From Candidatus Krumholzibacteriota bacterium (lineage in GTDB: Bacteria; Krumholzibacteriota; Krumholzibacteriia; JAJRXK01): 64,000 bases of DNA. Made by a program: the position numbers and the translations under genes. The notes beneath the pieces are model-generated. The model saw nothing but the letters and a program-made list of their open reading frames with translations. It did no database searches and was not told where the DNA came from. Within the stretch, counting starts at the first letter, position 1; the number at the start of each line of letters is the position of its first letter. This document shows positions 27,750 to 36,817 of this stretch, piece by piece. The stretch spans positions 8,801 through 72,800 of the forward strand of contig CAWDWO010000009.1 in the NCBI GenBank assembly GCA_963806035.1. Reading direction: 5' to 3'.

Positions 27750-30152
27750 CTACTTGAACCCTGGGGGCACGGGAAGGCTGGGATCCAGCTCGCGGGCCTT
27801 CAAGATGGCCTGGCGCGCCTCCTCCTTCTTGCCCTGCATGGCCAGGATGGCTCCGAGCTGGAGTCTCGAGGTGCCGTCGTTCGGTAACTGCTTCACCACC
27901 TGACGCGCCAGCTTTTCCGCCTCGGCGAGCCGGCCCATCTGGGCGTAGATCGCGGCGAGCTGGCTTCGTGCGTCCACCATTGTCGGATCCAGCTCGAGCA
28001 CCTTCTCGAATGCCTCGGCTCCGGCGGCCATGTTTCCCGCCATGAGATTCGCCATCCCGAGATTGCCCCAGATTTCCGGATCATTCAACTTTGGAGCGGC
28101 CTCTTGCAGAAGTTTCAGCCCCTCCTGCACCTTGCCCGCCTTCAGGGCGGCGCTGCCGAGCTGCCCCTTCGATTCGGGAGTGGAGAGCATGTCGTGCTGC
28201 TTCAAGAGCTCCTGGGCCTGCTGTTCCTGGCCCGTTTGGATGAGCAGGCCGCTCAGGGTCTGCAGCGCGTCCGTCAGCTCGGGGTTCAGTTGCAGCGCTC
28301 TCTCCAAGTTTTCGCGCGCCGGCGCCATCTTGCCCTGATCCTTGAGCATCGCACCCTTGAAGTAGTAGAGATCGGCCAGGCGGGGATTCATGGTCAGAGC
28401 TTTGTCGATCGCGGCCTCTGCCTCATCGTCGCGGCCGGCCTTGTGCAGGGCGAAACCGCGCGCGCCCACCAGAAAGGGCGATTCCGGATGCTGTTTCAGC
28501 GCGAGGTCGAAGGTCTGCAGGACCTTTTGGTTGTCGTGCTTGGCCGCGTAGACCATGGCCAGGTTCTGATAGTTCTGCTCGTTCTCGGGATCCTTTTGGA
28601 CGAGCTCTTGATAAATTTCTCGTGCCTCATCCAGACGCCCGGTCTTCGCATAGGTCAAGGCGAGGTTGCTGAGCGCCTTCAGGTTCTCGGGGTCGTCCTT
28701 GAGCACGTCCTTCAGGGTCGCGATTGCCTCGTCGTACTTCCCCTGGTTGCACAGGACGATGGACATGTTGATCGCCTGCTCGACGTTGGGCGCGACCACG
28801 TCGCTCCCGTGCGAGTCATCCTTGCCGCCCTTGATGTAACCCAGGGAGCGCAACATATCTTCCATCTTCTCCCCGACTGCCGGATCGACCACGATATCGT
28901 CTCCCCGATCCCAAGGACCGGTTTCGTAGGTGGCGATCGTTTGGTCGGGATGTGCCTTCTGGTATTCCTCGGTGAAGGCCTCCTTCAACACCCGGCCCTT
29001 CATGTCCTGAGCCACCGGTAAACCGAGAAGATGCAGGACCGTCGGCGCCACGTCGTAGATGTCCGCGCCCTTGATGTCGTCTCCCGGACGGATGCCCGGT
29101 CCATTGAGCAGAACGATGCCGTCGGGCATGTGGCTCTGGTCCGCGGTGTCGATGTTGAATTCCTTTTCCTTCAGACGCTCGGGTCCGGTGCGGAATCCAT
29201 GGTCGGAGATGATCATGACCACCGTGTTCTTCCCGCGATGCTGCAGGAGCTCACCCAGGAGCTGATCCTGCCATTTCCAGTAGGCCTCGAGAGTACCGCT
29301 GTAACGCTTGTAATCTTCGTCGCTGACCCAGGACAGCCGTGGCGGCGCATATTCGCTGAAGAGATGTTCGGTAGCGTCGGTCCCTTCGTAATAGATCGCG
29401 AAGAACTTCGGGTGGTCCTTCTCCAGCAATTCGGAAGCAATCTTCGTGTAGCCCAAACTGGTGGCGATGTTTTCTCTGAGGTGTTGGATCGGACCTCCGT
29501 AGGGTCCGCTCGGTGTCTGATTTTCGAGTTCGCTCTTGCTGCAGTTGATCATCGACAGCATCAGGTCCGAGGAGACCTCTTCGGGCTTGATGAAGTCGCG
29601 CCGCACATCGTCCATGAGCTGGGGGGGCCAAGTCTTTCCCGGCACGTCCAGGTTGGTTCCGGTGACCCCGAAGGAGTGGAACGCGACGTAGTCGCTGATC
29701 ATGAAGCCCTTCACCGGCTCGACGGGCCAGGTCGCCCACCAGCCGATGACGCCGACGGATATGCCGTGCTCGCTGGCGATGTTCCACAGGGCGCGCACCC
29801 AACGGTTGCGGCTGCTGACCGGGATCTTCGAGCCATCGGGTCCGTCGCTCATGAACCAGGTAACGCCGTGTTGATCGGCGGTCTTCCCCGTCGCAATGCT
29901 CGTCCAGAGGATGGGAGAGAGCATCGGATTATCGGTCTGGAGCCGGCCCCAAGCACCTTCGCTGCGCAAGCGGCTCAGGTTGGGCATCTCACCCTTGGCC
30001 ATGTAGGGCTCGAGAATGTCCCAGTCGGCGCCGTCGAAGCCGATGATCCAGAGTTCCGGTTCGCTGCGTGAGGAACAGCCGGTAAAGGTTCCTTGCGAAA
30101 CGAGCAGCAGGAGGGAGAACGCGAGCAGCAGTCTTTTGATTGTCATGATCAC
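27750..30152 (-). CDS. lipoprotein: alkaline-phosphatase-superfamily (type I phosphodiesterase/nucleotide pyrophosphatase-like) domain fused to C-terminal TPR repeats
   Basis: Signal peptide with a lipobox (FTGCSS). The N-terminal ~470 aa match the AlkP/sulfatase-like metalloenzyme fold (GFDGADWD, ISDHGF). The C-terminal ~330 aa are TPR repeats. Confidence 0.65.
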   Translation of the reverse strand: MIMTIKRLLLAFSLLLLVSQGTFTGCSSRSEPELWIIGFDGADWDILEPYMAKGEMPNLSRLRSEGAWGRLQTDNPMLSPILWTSIATGKTADQHGVTWFMSDGPDGSKIPVSSRNRWVRALWNIASEHGISVGVIGWWATWPVEPVKGFMISDYVAFHSFGVTGTNLDVPGKTWPPQLMDDVRRDFIKPEEVSSDLMLSMINCSKSELENQTPSGPYGGPIQHLRENIATSLGYTKIASELLEKDHPKFFAIYYEGTDATEHLFSEYAPPRLSWVSDEDYKRYSGTLEAYWKWQDQLLGELLQHRGKNTVVMIISDHGFRTGPERLKEKEFNIDTADQSHMPDGIVLLNGPGIRPGDDIKGADIYDVAPTVLHLLGLPVAQDMKGRVLKEAFTEEYQKAHPDQTIATYETGPWDRGDDIVVDPAVGEKMEDMLRSLGYIKGGKDDSHGSDVVAPNVEQAINMSIVLCNQGKYDEAIATLKDVLKDDPENLKALSNLALTYAKTGRLDEAREIYQELVQKDPENEQNYQNLAMVYAAKHDNQKVLQTFDLALKQHPESPFLVGARGFALHKAGRDDEAEAAIDKALTMNPRLADLYYFKGAMLKDQGKMAPARENLERALQLNPELTDALQTLSGLLIQTGQEQQAQELLKQHDMLSTPESKGQLGSAALKAGKVQEGLKLLQEAAPKLNDPEIWGNLGMANLMAGNMAAGAEAFEKVLELDPTMVDARSQLAAIYAQMGRLAEAEKLARQVVKQLPNDGTSRLQLGAILAMQGKKEEARQAILKARELDPSLPVPPGFK

Positions 30153-30364
30153 GAGAAGGAAGGAAGGAGAGCCGAGTTGGCCGCGAGCCGAGAATTCGAG
30201 CCCGGCCTGCTCGGCTAGAGAATAGCACAGCTGGATCTCATCCGCACACCTAAGCTCTTTTCCAAAAAGCCCTTAGCGCCAGAGGCCCCTCTTCGTATAC
30301 CCTTGAGAAGAAGGGCGGTGCCCATTCTGGATCGAATTGCCTGCATTTGAACTGAGGACCTTCG

Positions 30365-31231
30365 GTGCCGAATCAAGAGTCCCCTCTTTTGCGAGCCCAC
30401 GAGCTCTTGCGCCAGAGCGGTCTGCCCCCGCTACAGATCCAAAACGCGGGTCGTGGCAGCAACCACCATCTCTTCATCGTGGAGCTGGACGAAGGGCCTT
30501 TGCAACTTCTGCGCATGCCCGTCGATTCCGAGGCGGGACCGCGGCTGCGCAGCGAGGAAGAGGCGATTCGCCGCGCCTCGGGGACCGTCCCCGTGCCTCA
30601 TCCCACCCTTCTCATCCCCTCCCTGCACCGTCCCAAAGCCTGTATCCAGCCGATCATCGAGGGAACCCGGGCCCAGGATCTGCGTGCGCATGACACGAAT
30701 GCGCGACGGGTCGATCTTCTCTGCCGGCTCTTGGGGCGGGAGCTCGCTCACCTGCACCGCATCGAGTTTCCCATGCACGAACCCACCTTCATCCCCTTCT
30801 TGAGCCCCAGCTTCGTGACGGGGAACGAACGCCTGCTCCATGGAGATGCTCATCTGGGAAATCTCATGGTGCAAACCGACGCCAAGGAAAACGTACGGGT
30901 CTCCGGGCTCATCGACTGGAGCTTCTGTCACTGGGGTCCGCCGGAAAGCGATCTGGTGGAAATGGCGATCACCGAAGGAGAGCCACGCCCCGCGCTCGGC
31001 CGGGCATTCTACGAGGCCTATCTGGAAAGTGGTGGGCTCGAACCGCGCGAGCACGTCTTCAAGTGGGCTCTGGTGCGCGAGCTGGAGAGAAGACTCGCGG
31101 CGCATGCGCAGGCCTACGAGCAGACCCCGCGCGACGCCTGGACGCGCTGGCTGGACGCTCTGCACCGTCCGGGAGCCCGTGCCCTTCAGGTTTTTTCTTT
31201 GGGCCGCCCCTCCGGGGGCGACCTGGTCTAG
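30365..31231 (+). CDS. phosphotransferase-family kinase (APH/choline-kinase-like)
   Basis: Catalytic HGDAHLGNLMV and IDWSF motifs of the aminoglycoside phosphotransferase fold. Confidence 0.65.
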   Translation: MPNQESPLLRAHELLRQSGLPPLQIQNAGRGSNHHLFIVELDEGPLQLLRMPVDSEAGPRLRSEEEAIRRASGTVPVPHPTLLIPSLHRPKACIQPIIEGTRAQDLRAHDTNARRVDLLCRLLGRELAHLHRIEFPMHEPTFIPFLSPSFVTGNERLLHGDAHLGNLMVQTDAKENVRVSGLIDWSFCHWGPPESDLVEMAITEGEPRPALGRAFYEAYLESGGLEPREHVFKWALVRELERRLAAHAQAYEQTPRDAWTRWLDALHRPGARALQVFSLGRPSGGDLV

Positions 31232-31305
31232 CCTCGGACTGGTCTAGCCTCGGACTACTCTAGCTTCGGACTACTGCTGGCCTCGGACTACTGCAGCCTC
31301 GGACT
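31225..31305. repeat. five tandem copies of a 16-17-nt repeat (consensus ACTNNNGCCTCGGACT) between convergent genes
   Basis: ggtctagcctcggact x2, actctagcttcggact, actgctggcctcggact and actgcagcctcggact read in sequence. The first copy contains the kinase TAG stop. A degenerate sixth copy runs into the amidase 3' end. Confidence 0.6.
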
Positions 31306-31314
31306 GCTCCAAGC

Positions 31315-33015
31315 TCAGAGCCTGGGGTGCTTCAGGTTCCAGCCGCTGGCGCGTTGGTAGGCCGTGGCCAAAGCCACGATCGCCCCCTCCTCGTAATTGC
31401 GTCCCACGAAGGTGAAACTGAAGGGGGTCCCGTCACTCTTGAAACCGTTGGGCACGACCACGCAGGGATTGCCGGTGAGATTGGTGTCCAGGAGACTGCG
31501 GCCGGCAAAGCTCGGGCACACATAGCCGTCCAGATCCTCGAGCATCGTCTGGTAGCGTTCCTGCAGGAGAGTGCGCGCCCGTTGCGCCTGCAGATACTGC
31601 ACGCCCGACACGAGCTGCGCGGCACGGAAAACATTGGGCCAGGCATCTTCGGCCTGCCGCACCATTTCGTCGTCGCGATTGTTCCGGGTGAGCTCGTCGA
31701 AGGCCGCCGCCGCTTCCACCTCCAGCACCACCAGCATCTTGGCCACGGGTAGATCCGGCAATTCGATGGGAGTGAGTTCGACCCCCAGCCGAGCGAGCAC
31801 TGCGAGCGCATCCTGGTCGAGCTTCTTGTTCTCGTACTCGCTTTCGAACGCGGCCTTGTTGTAGCCGAAGCGCAGCTCCTTCAACTCGTCGAGCGAAGGC
31901 TGACGCCACGGTGCACTGACCGCGTCCTTGTCCTTGCCGTCGGCGCCATGGATGGCGGAGACCACCAGCGCGGCGTCCTCCGCGTAGCGGCATAGCGCTC
32001 CGATCTTGTCCATGGTCCACGAGAGCGCCATGCAGCCGGTGCGAGGGACGCGACCGAAGGTGGGACGCAGCCCGGTCGCGCCACAGCGCGAGGCAGGGGA
32101 GACGATCGAACCGAGAGTCTCCGTCCCCAACGCGAAGGGCAGGCCCCCCGCCGCCACCGCGGCCGCGCTCCCGGCCGACGAACCGCTGCTTCCCTGCTCC
32201 AGGTTCCAGGGGTTCTTGGTCGTTCCACCGAACCACACGTCGCCCCAGGCCAGCGCGCCCACGCTGGTCTTGGCGATGAGCACCGCCCCCGCCGCGTCCA
32301 GGCGCTTCACCACTTCGGCGTCCTCATCGAGGATCTGTTCGCGATAGGGCGCACAGCCCCAGGTGGTCGGATAGCCCTTCACCGCCAAGAGATCTTTCGC
32401 TCCCCAGGGGATACCGTGCAGGGGACCCCGATAGTGACCGGCCGCGATTTCCTCGTCGGCCTTGGCCGCCTGCTCCATCGCTCGCTCCTGCGTGAAGGTG
32501 ATCACGCACAGCAGTTTTTCGTTCAGCTTGCGCAGGCGATCCAGAAAGAAGCGGGTCAACTCCACACTGGTGAGCTTACGAGTTTGCAGAAGGTGTGAGA
32601 GCTCGAAGAGGGAAGCGTAAGCCAGCTTCTCGGGCAATGGACGCGCGAGGGAGGCATTCGAATCGTAGGGATCGAGTGCTTTCGAGATGGCGGCATAGTC
32701 GGGCGGTTCCGGGAAGGGTACGCGCGACACCGCCTGCCGGCTCAGAGGAAAGAAGCTCGTGGCGGGCTGCACCTCGTTGGCGAGATGGAGTTTCTCCACC
32801 GCCTTCAAATCATTCAGATGTTCCTGCACGCTCTTGAGCATCAGCTCGCGCTCGGACTCGCTGAACTGAAGCCCCGCCAGACGCTCGGCGCTGGCAATGG
32901 TGTTCAGGTCGATCTCGGAATCTTGCGCCTGAAGCAGCTGAGGCATGAGTGCGAGTACGATGGAGGAGGCAGCGGCACTGCCCAAGAAACGACGGCGGTC
33001 CAAAGTTTTGCTCAT
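31315..33015 (-). CDS. Tat-exported amidase (amidase-signature family)
   Basis: Twin-arginine signal MSKTLDRRRFLGSAAASS, and the amidase signature GGSSGSSAGSAAAVAAG with a catalytic Ser-cisSer-Lys context. Confidence 0.8.
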   Translation of the reverse strand: MSKTLDRRRFLGSAAASSIVLALMPQLLQAQDSEIDLNTIASAERLAGLQFSESERELMLKSVQEHLNDLKAVEKLHLANEVQPATSFFPLSRQAVSRVPFPEPPDYAAISKALDPYDSNASLARPLPEKLAYASLFELSHLLQTRKLTSVELTRFFLDRLRKLNEKLLCVITFTQERAMEQAAKADEEIAAGHYRGPLHGIPWGAKDLLAVKGYPTTWGCAPYREQILDEDAEVVKRLDAAGAVLIAKTSVGALAWGDVWFGGTTKNPWNLEQGSSGSSAGSAAAVAAGGLPFALGTETLGSIVSPASRCGATGLRPTFGRVPRTGCMALSWTMDKIGALCRYAEDAALVVSAIHGADGKDKDAVSAPWRQPSLDELKELRFGYNKAAFESEYENKKLDQDALAVLARLGVELTPIELPDLPVAKMLVVLEVEAAAAFDELTRNNRDDEMVRQAEDAWPNVFRAAQLVSGVQYLQAQRARTLLQERYQTMLEDLDGYVCPSFAGRSLLDTNLTGNPCVVVPNGFKSDGTPFSFTFVGRNYEEGAIVALATAYQRASGWNLKHPRL

Positions 33016-33185
33016 GGCGAAGTACTCCCCTCTGATAGGACCTTGCCAGTATCCCCCATGATCCCCGTCGTAGTCGCGGATGAAATCTCCCGGACTCGAC
33101 GAAGGGCGAATTTGCGCCTATCCTGGGCTGCAATCTCGCGACGGAAGGCCACGGAGCTCGGATCTGTCGCCTGGAAAGAGGGGCC

Positions 33186-34082
33186 ATGGCTCAGGAACGC
33201 CGCTATGTGAAGAGAGAGGGCGCACCCCTCATGACCACGACTCTGTGGGATTACCGCTCGCAGAACTATCCCGGAAGCCGTCAGGGAAATCCCGACTTCG
33301 CCGGAGCCACTCCCAGCTACATCATCTGGAACCTGCTACAGCGCTACACGCAGCCCAAGTGGCTCGTGGTGGATCCCATGGCGGGAAGCGGAACCACCCT
33401 GGACGTGGCCCGTGATCTCTCGCGCCGCGCTCTGGGTTACGACCTGAATCCCACGCGCAAGGATATTTTCCGCGCCGACGCCAGGCACCTGCCCCTGGAA
33501 TCGGGGAAAGCGGATTTCGTCTTCGTGGACCCCCCCTATTCCACGCACTTGAAGTACAGCGAAGAGGAGGAGTGTATCGGGGAACTCGATGCTCGAGTGG
33601 GGCCCGAGTACTTCTCCGCCATGGAGAGCGTGATCGCGGAGGTCCACCGGATTCTGCGCCGCGATCGCTACCTGGCGCTCTACGTGAGCGACTCCGCGCG
33701 CAAGGGGAAGAGCTTCGTCCCGCTCGGCTTCGAGCTCTTCCACCGTCTGAGACGACACTTCACCCCGGTGGATATCGTGGCCGTGGTTCGCCACAACCGC
33801 ACTCTCAAACGCGACCACTGGCACGAGAGCGCGGCCGAAGGCGGCTATTTTCTGCGGGGCTTCAATTACCTCCTCATCATGAAGAAGGAGATCGGCGCGA
33901 AGAAGGCGACGAGTGGCGTGGGACGCAGTTCGAGCAAAGCCGGTCCAAGCAAGCACCGCGCGAGCAAGCGGCGCCCCAAGAATGCCGCGACCAAACCGCG
34001 CGCCAAGCCGGTCGCCAATTCGCGATCCAAGTCACCGTCCAAGTCGCAACCCAAATCTCGATCCAAGACGCCGAAATCCTAG
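33186..34082 (+). CDS. SAM-dependent nucleic-acid methyltransferase (motif I DPMAGSGTT, motif IV DPPY) with a lysine/serine-rich histone-H1-like C-terminal tail
   Basis: VVDPMAGSGTTLDVA and VFVDPPYS are read in sequence. The last ~65 aa are highly basic with KSPSK/RSKSPSK/KTPKS SPKK-like repeats. Confidence 0.6.
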   Translation: MAQERRYVKREGAPLMTTTLWDYRSQNYPGSRQGNPDFAGATPSYIIWNLLQRYTQPKWLVVDPMAGSGTTLDVARDLSRRALGYDLNPTRKDIFRADARHLPLESGKADFVFVDPPYSTHLKYSEEEECIGELDARVGPEYFSAMESVIAEVHRILRRDRYLALYVSDSARKGKSFVPLGFELFHRLRRHFTPVDIVAVVRHNRTLKRDHWHESAAEGGYFLRGFNYLLIMKKEIGAKKATSGVGRSSSKAGPSKHRASKRRPKNAATKPRAKPVANSRSKSPSKSQPKSRSKTPKS

Positions 34083-34099
34083 ACCACGGGAGATCCGCA

Positions 34100-34672
34100 T
34101 TGAGTCTCACACCCTGGAACATCCACCGCGACGAAACCCTGGCCGACATGGGCATCTTCGAGCTGCATTCGGTGCGCGCGGAAAATCCGCGTACCGGCAA
34201 GCTGCGTGATCTCGCGCTCGTCTCCACCCGCGACTGGGTGAACGTGGTTCCGCTCACTGCGGATCGCGAAGTGGTGCTGGTCAGACAGTGGCGTCACGGA
34301 ACGCGTTCGATGACCCTGGAGATTCCCGGCGGCCTCATCGACCCCGGCGAGGAACCAAAGACGGCGGCGGCGCGCGAGGTGCGCGAGGAGACTGGATATG
34401 CCGGAGCAGAACCCGCGCAATTGGGCGTGGTCCAACCCAATCCCGCGTTCTTGAACAACCTCTGTTACACCTATCTCATCGAGGGCTGTGAGGAGGTGGG
34501 CGAGCTGCAACTGGATGAGGGTGAGGATATCGAGGTCGTCCGCGTTCCTCTGTCCGAGATCCCTGGACTCGTCGCCGAGGGGACGATTCAGCACGCCCTG
34601 GTGATCTGCGGGTTCTACTGGCTCCGGCGCAAGCGCCCCGAACTCTTCGACGGCCGCGGTGAAATCAGCTGA
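34100..34672 (+). CDS. Nudix hydrolase (ADP-ribose pyrophosphatase-like)
   Basis: Nudix box GGLIDPGEEPKTAAAREVREETG. A likely TTG start at 34100 has GGGAG 9 nt upstream, 18 nt after the methyltransferase stop. Confidence 0.7.
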   Translation: MSLTPWNIHRDETLADMGIFELHSVRAENPRTGKLRDLALVSTRDWVNVVPLTADREVVLVRQWRHGTRSMTLEIPGGLIDPGEEPKTAAAREVREETGYAGAEPAQLGVVQPNPAFLNNLCYTYLIEGCEEVGELQLDEGEDIEVVRVPLSEIPGLVAEGTIQHALVICGFYWLRRKRPELFDGRGEIS

Positions 34673-35141
34673 TCCGCGTGGCGAAGATGTAGAGCAGAGC
34701 CAGGGCGGCAAAAAGCGCCACTCCTCCGAGAAGCATGATCGCGGGTTGCAGAGGCCGCTGCTCGTCGCCCGACGCGCGAGCGATGATCAGGGCCGCCACC
34801 ACGACGACCACCGAGATGATCACCACCGCCAAAGGCAACATCTGCTGCGCGTGGGGAATCACGCCACTCTGCACCCCGAACACGGCCAGGCCGACGAGCA
34901 GAATCGCGGTGACCATGAGGGCGATGGCAACCGCCCCCCAGTTCGCGCGAGGATTGGACCGCGTCGAAACGCTCGTCAGGCGGAGAGCCGTCCACACCTC
35001 GCGTTCGTTCACTTCGGGATGCTTTTCCCTGAAGTCCTGGATCTGGGCGATGAGCTTCTGGGCGAGTTCCCGTGCGCGCGGGGACGCGGGGGGCAGGGCA
35101 GCGGGTGGGATGAAGGTCATGACCGGCACCTCCCGGGCCAA
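34665..35141 (-). CDS. hypothetical small membrane protein
   Basis: 158-aa ORF with two or three hydrophobic helices. No family recognised. Confidence 0.35.
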   Translation of the reverse strand: MAREVPVMTFIPPAALPPASPRARELAQKLIAQIQDFREKHPEVNEREVWTALRLTSVSTRSNPRANWGAVAIALMVTAILLVGLAVFGVQSGVIPHAQQMLPLAVVIISVVVVVAALIIARASGDEQRPLQPAIMLLGGVALFAALALLYIFATRIS

Positions 35142-35188
35142 GGGTCCATGTTTGACCTTAGATCAACCCGCAAAAATGGCAACTGGGA

Positions 35189-36724
35189 CTACGGCGCCTT
35201 CACCGCTCCCAAGTCCCATGCCGTGCCCGAGCGCGTCTGCTGCAGGATGTCCCAACCGCGATCGGTCACGCCGGGATCCCAGTTGGGGTGCTGTGCATAG
35301 CTGAACGCCGCAATTCCCGCGCCCTTGGCGGGCGATTGCGCGGAGAGCGCGAAGTCGCGCGCGATCTCGAGCACTCGGTCGCTGCGCAGGACCGCGGTGC
35401 TGGGGATCCGCGGCGCGCTCAGACCCGCGGCCGCGCCGACGACACCGTGCGCTTCGGAGCTCAGATCCAGGTCACTCGTCGCGACGTTACCGTCGCTGAG
35501 ATTGTAGTCGTGGCTCACGCCGCCGGCGCCTCCCTCGCGCACCCAGATCAGGCGTCCGTCGCCGGAGGCCGCGGGCTGATTGGACTGGAAGATGTTGTTG
35601 AAGATCCAGGTATTGCCGACCGGCACGCGATTTCCGCGCAGTTCGAGGACTGCTCGCAGCTTGGAGCCGCTGTTACCCCAGAAGGTGTTGTTGTAGACCC
35701 AAACGTCGTCGCTGTTCATCACCGCCAGAGCCGCGTCGCCCTTGCATCCGACGAAGATGTTGTTGCGCACGATGGCGCCACGCACCACGTGCTGCGTTGG
35801 GTCGGGGATCCCCGCTTCCTCGGTCCCGATTCCCACCGCCGCGTTCCCGCAACCACCTCCCGCCGAGGGGCCGAAGACGTTGTTCTCGTAGAGGACGTTC
35901 TCGCAGTTGATCTTGGAGTACAGGAGCCAGTCGCCGCCATGGTCCGCGGTGTGGAAGAGCCAGCAGCCCCTGATCACCACATTGCGAATCTCCGCGTCGC
36001 TCGTCCCATTCAAGCCCCTGCCGAAGATGTCGATGTTCTCCTGGTACCACGCGCCGTTGCCGCAGGGGTCGATCGAGGGGTCGCGTTGCCCCGGATTGAA
36101 GGCCACCACGTTCTCGATCAAGAGGCCGTCGACCGCGCCCGAGACCTTGATGACATCACAGTCGTTGGGCGCGTCGTAGATCACGCAGTTCTGGATCTCA
36201 CAGCCGCTCGCGTCCAGCACGCGCACCAGACCATCGCCCTGGGGCCCCTGGTTCCAGTCGCCCCGGATCTCGAAGCCATCGATGGCCGCCCCCTGAACCT
36301 GCTCCAAGCGCACCGCGCTGCGGTCTTTCGAGTAGATGGACGCGGCCAGCGGACCGTCGGCGGAGATGACGCGCACCCCCGATTTCATATAGATGAAGCT
36401 CTCGTCGTACTCGCCGGCCTTCACCAGGACCGCCATCCCGGCCGCGCTCTGATTCACTCCCTTTTGGATGGTACGGCAGGGATGATCGGGATCGCCGCAG
36501 TCCGAAGTGTCGCTCCCGTTGACGGAGACGTAGATCGCGGGCCCGGTCCAGTCATTGCCGCCGCTTCCCGAACCGCCGCCGCCGGGGTTGGGGTCCACGG
36601 TGGGGATGTCGAGATCGGGCGAAGTGGTCGTGGGCGTGGTCTGATTGCCGCAGGCGATCAGGGCCGAGAGCGAGAGGGCGAAGACGAGCGAGAACATGAG
36701 ATACGTATGGGTACGAGTGGTCAT
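35189..36724 (-). CDS. lipoprotein with right-handed parallel beta-helix repeats (pectate-lyase-like fold)
   Basis: Lipobox LIACGN, a Gly/Ser linker, then repeated NxxI/V...G beta-helix-type segments (NNIFVGC, VYNNTFWGN, IFNNIFQSN). Confidence 0.6.
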   Translation of the reverse strand: MTTRTHTYLMFSLVFALSLSALIACGNQTTPTTTSPDLDIPTVDPNPGGGGSGSGGNDWTGPAIYVSVNGSDTSDCGDPDHPCRTIQKGVNQSAAGMAVLVKAGEYDESFIYMKSGVRVISADGPLAASIYSKDRSAVRLEQVQGAAIDGFEIRGDWNQGPQGDGLVRVLDASGCEIQNCVIYDAPNDCDVIKVSGAVDGLLIENVVAFNPGQRDPSIDPCGNGAWYQENIDIFGRGLNGTSDAEIRNVVIRGCWLFHTADHGGDWLLYSKINCENVLYENNVFGPSAGGGCGNAAVGIGTEEAGIPDPTQHVVRGAIVRNNIFVGCKGDAALAVMNSDDVWVYNNTFWGNSGSKLRAVLELRGNRVPVGNTWIFNNIFQSNQPAASGDGRLIWVREGGAGGVSHDYNLSDGNVATSDLDLSSEAHGVVGAAAGLSAPRIPSTAVLRSDRVLEIARDFALSAQSPAKGAGIAAFSYAQHPNWDPGVTDRGWDILQQTRSGTAWDLGAVKAP

Positions 36725-36817
36725 CGTGCACCGTCACGGAGAGGAAGATACGCAGCAGGAAATTTCCGCGACAGTCAAGACAGCACGATTGATGCCATTT
36801 GCGAGCCTGGGGTGCGG

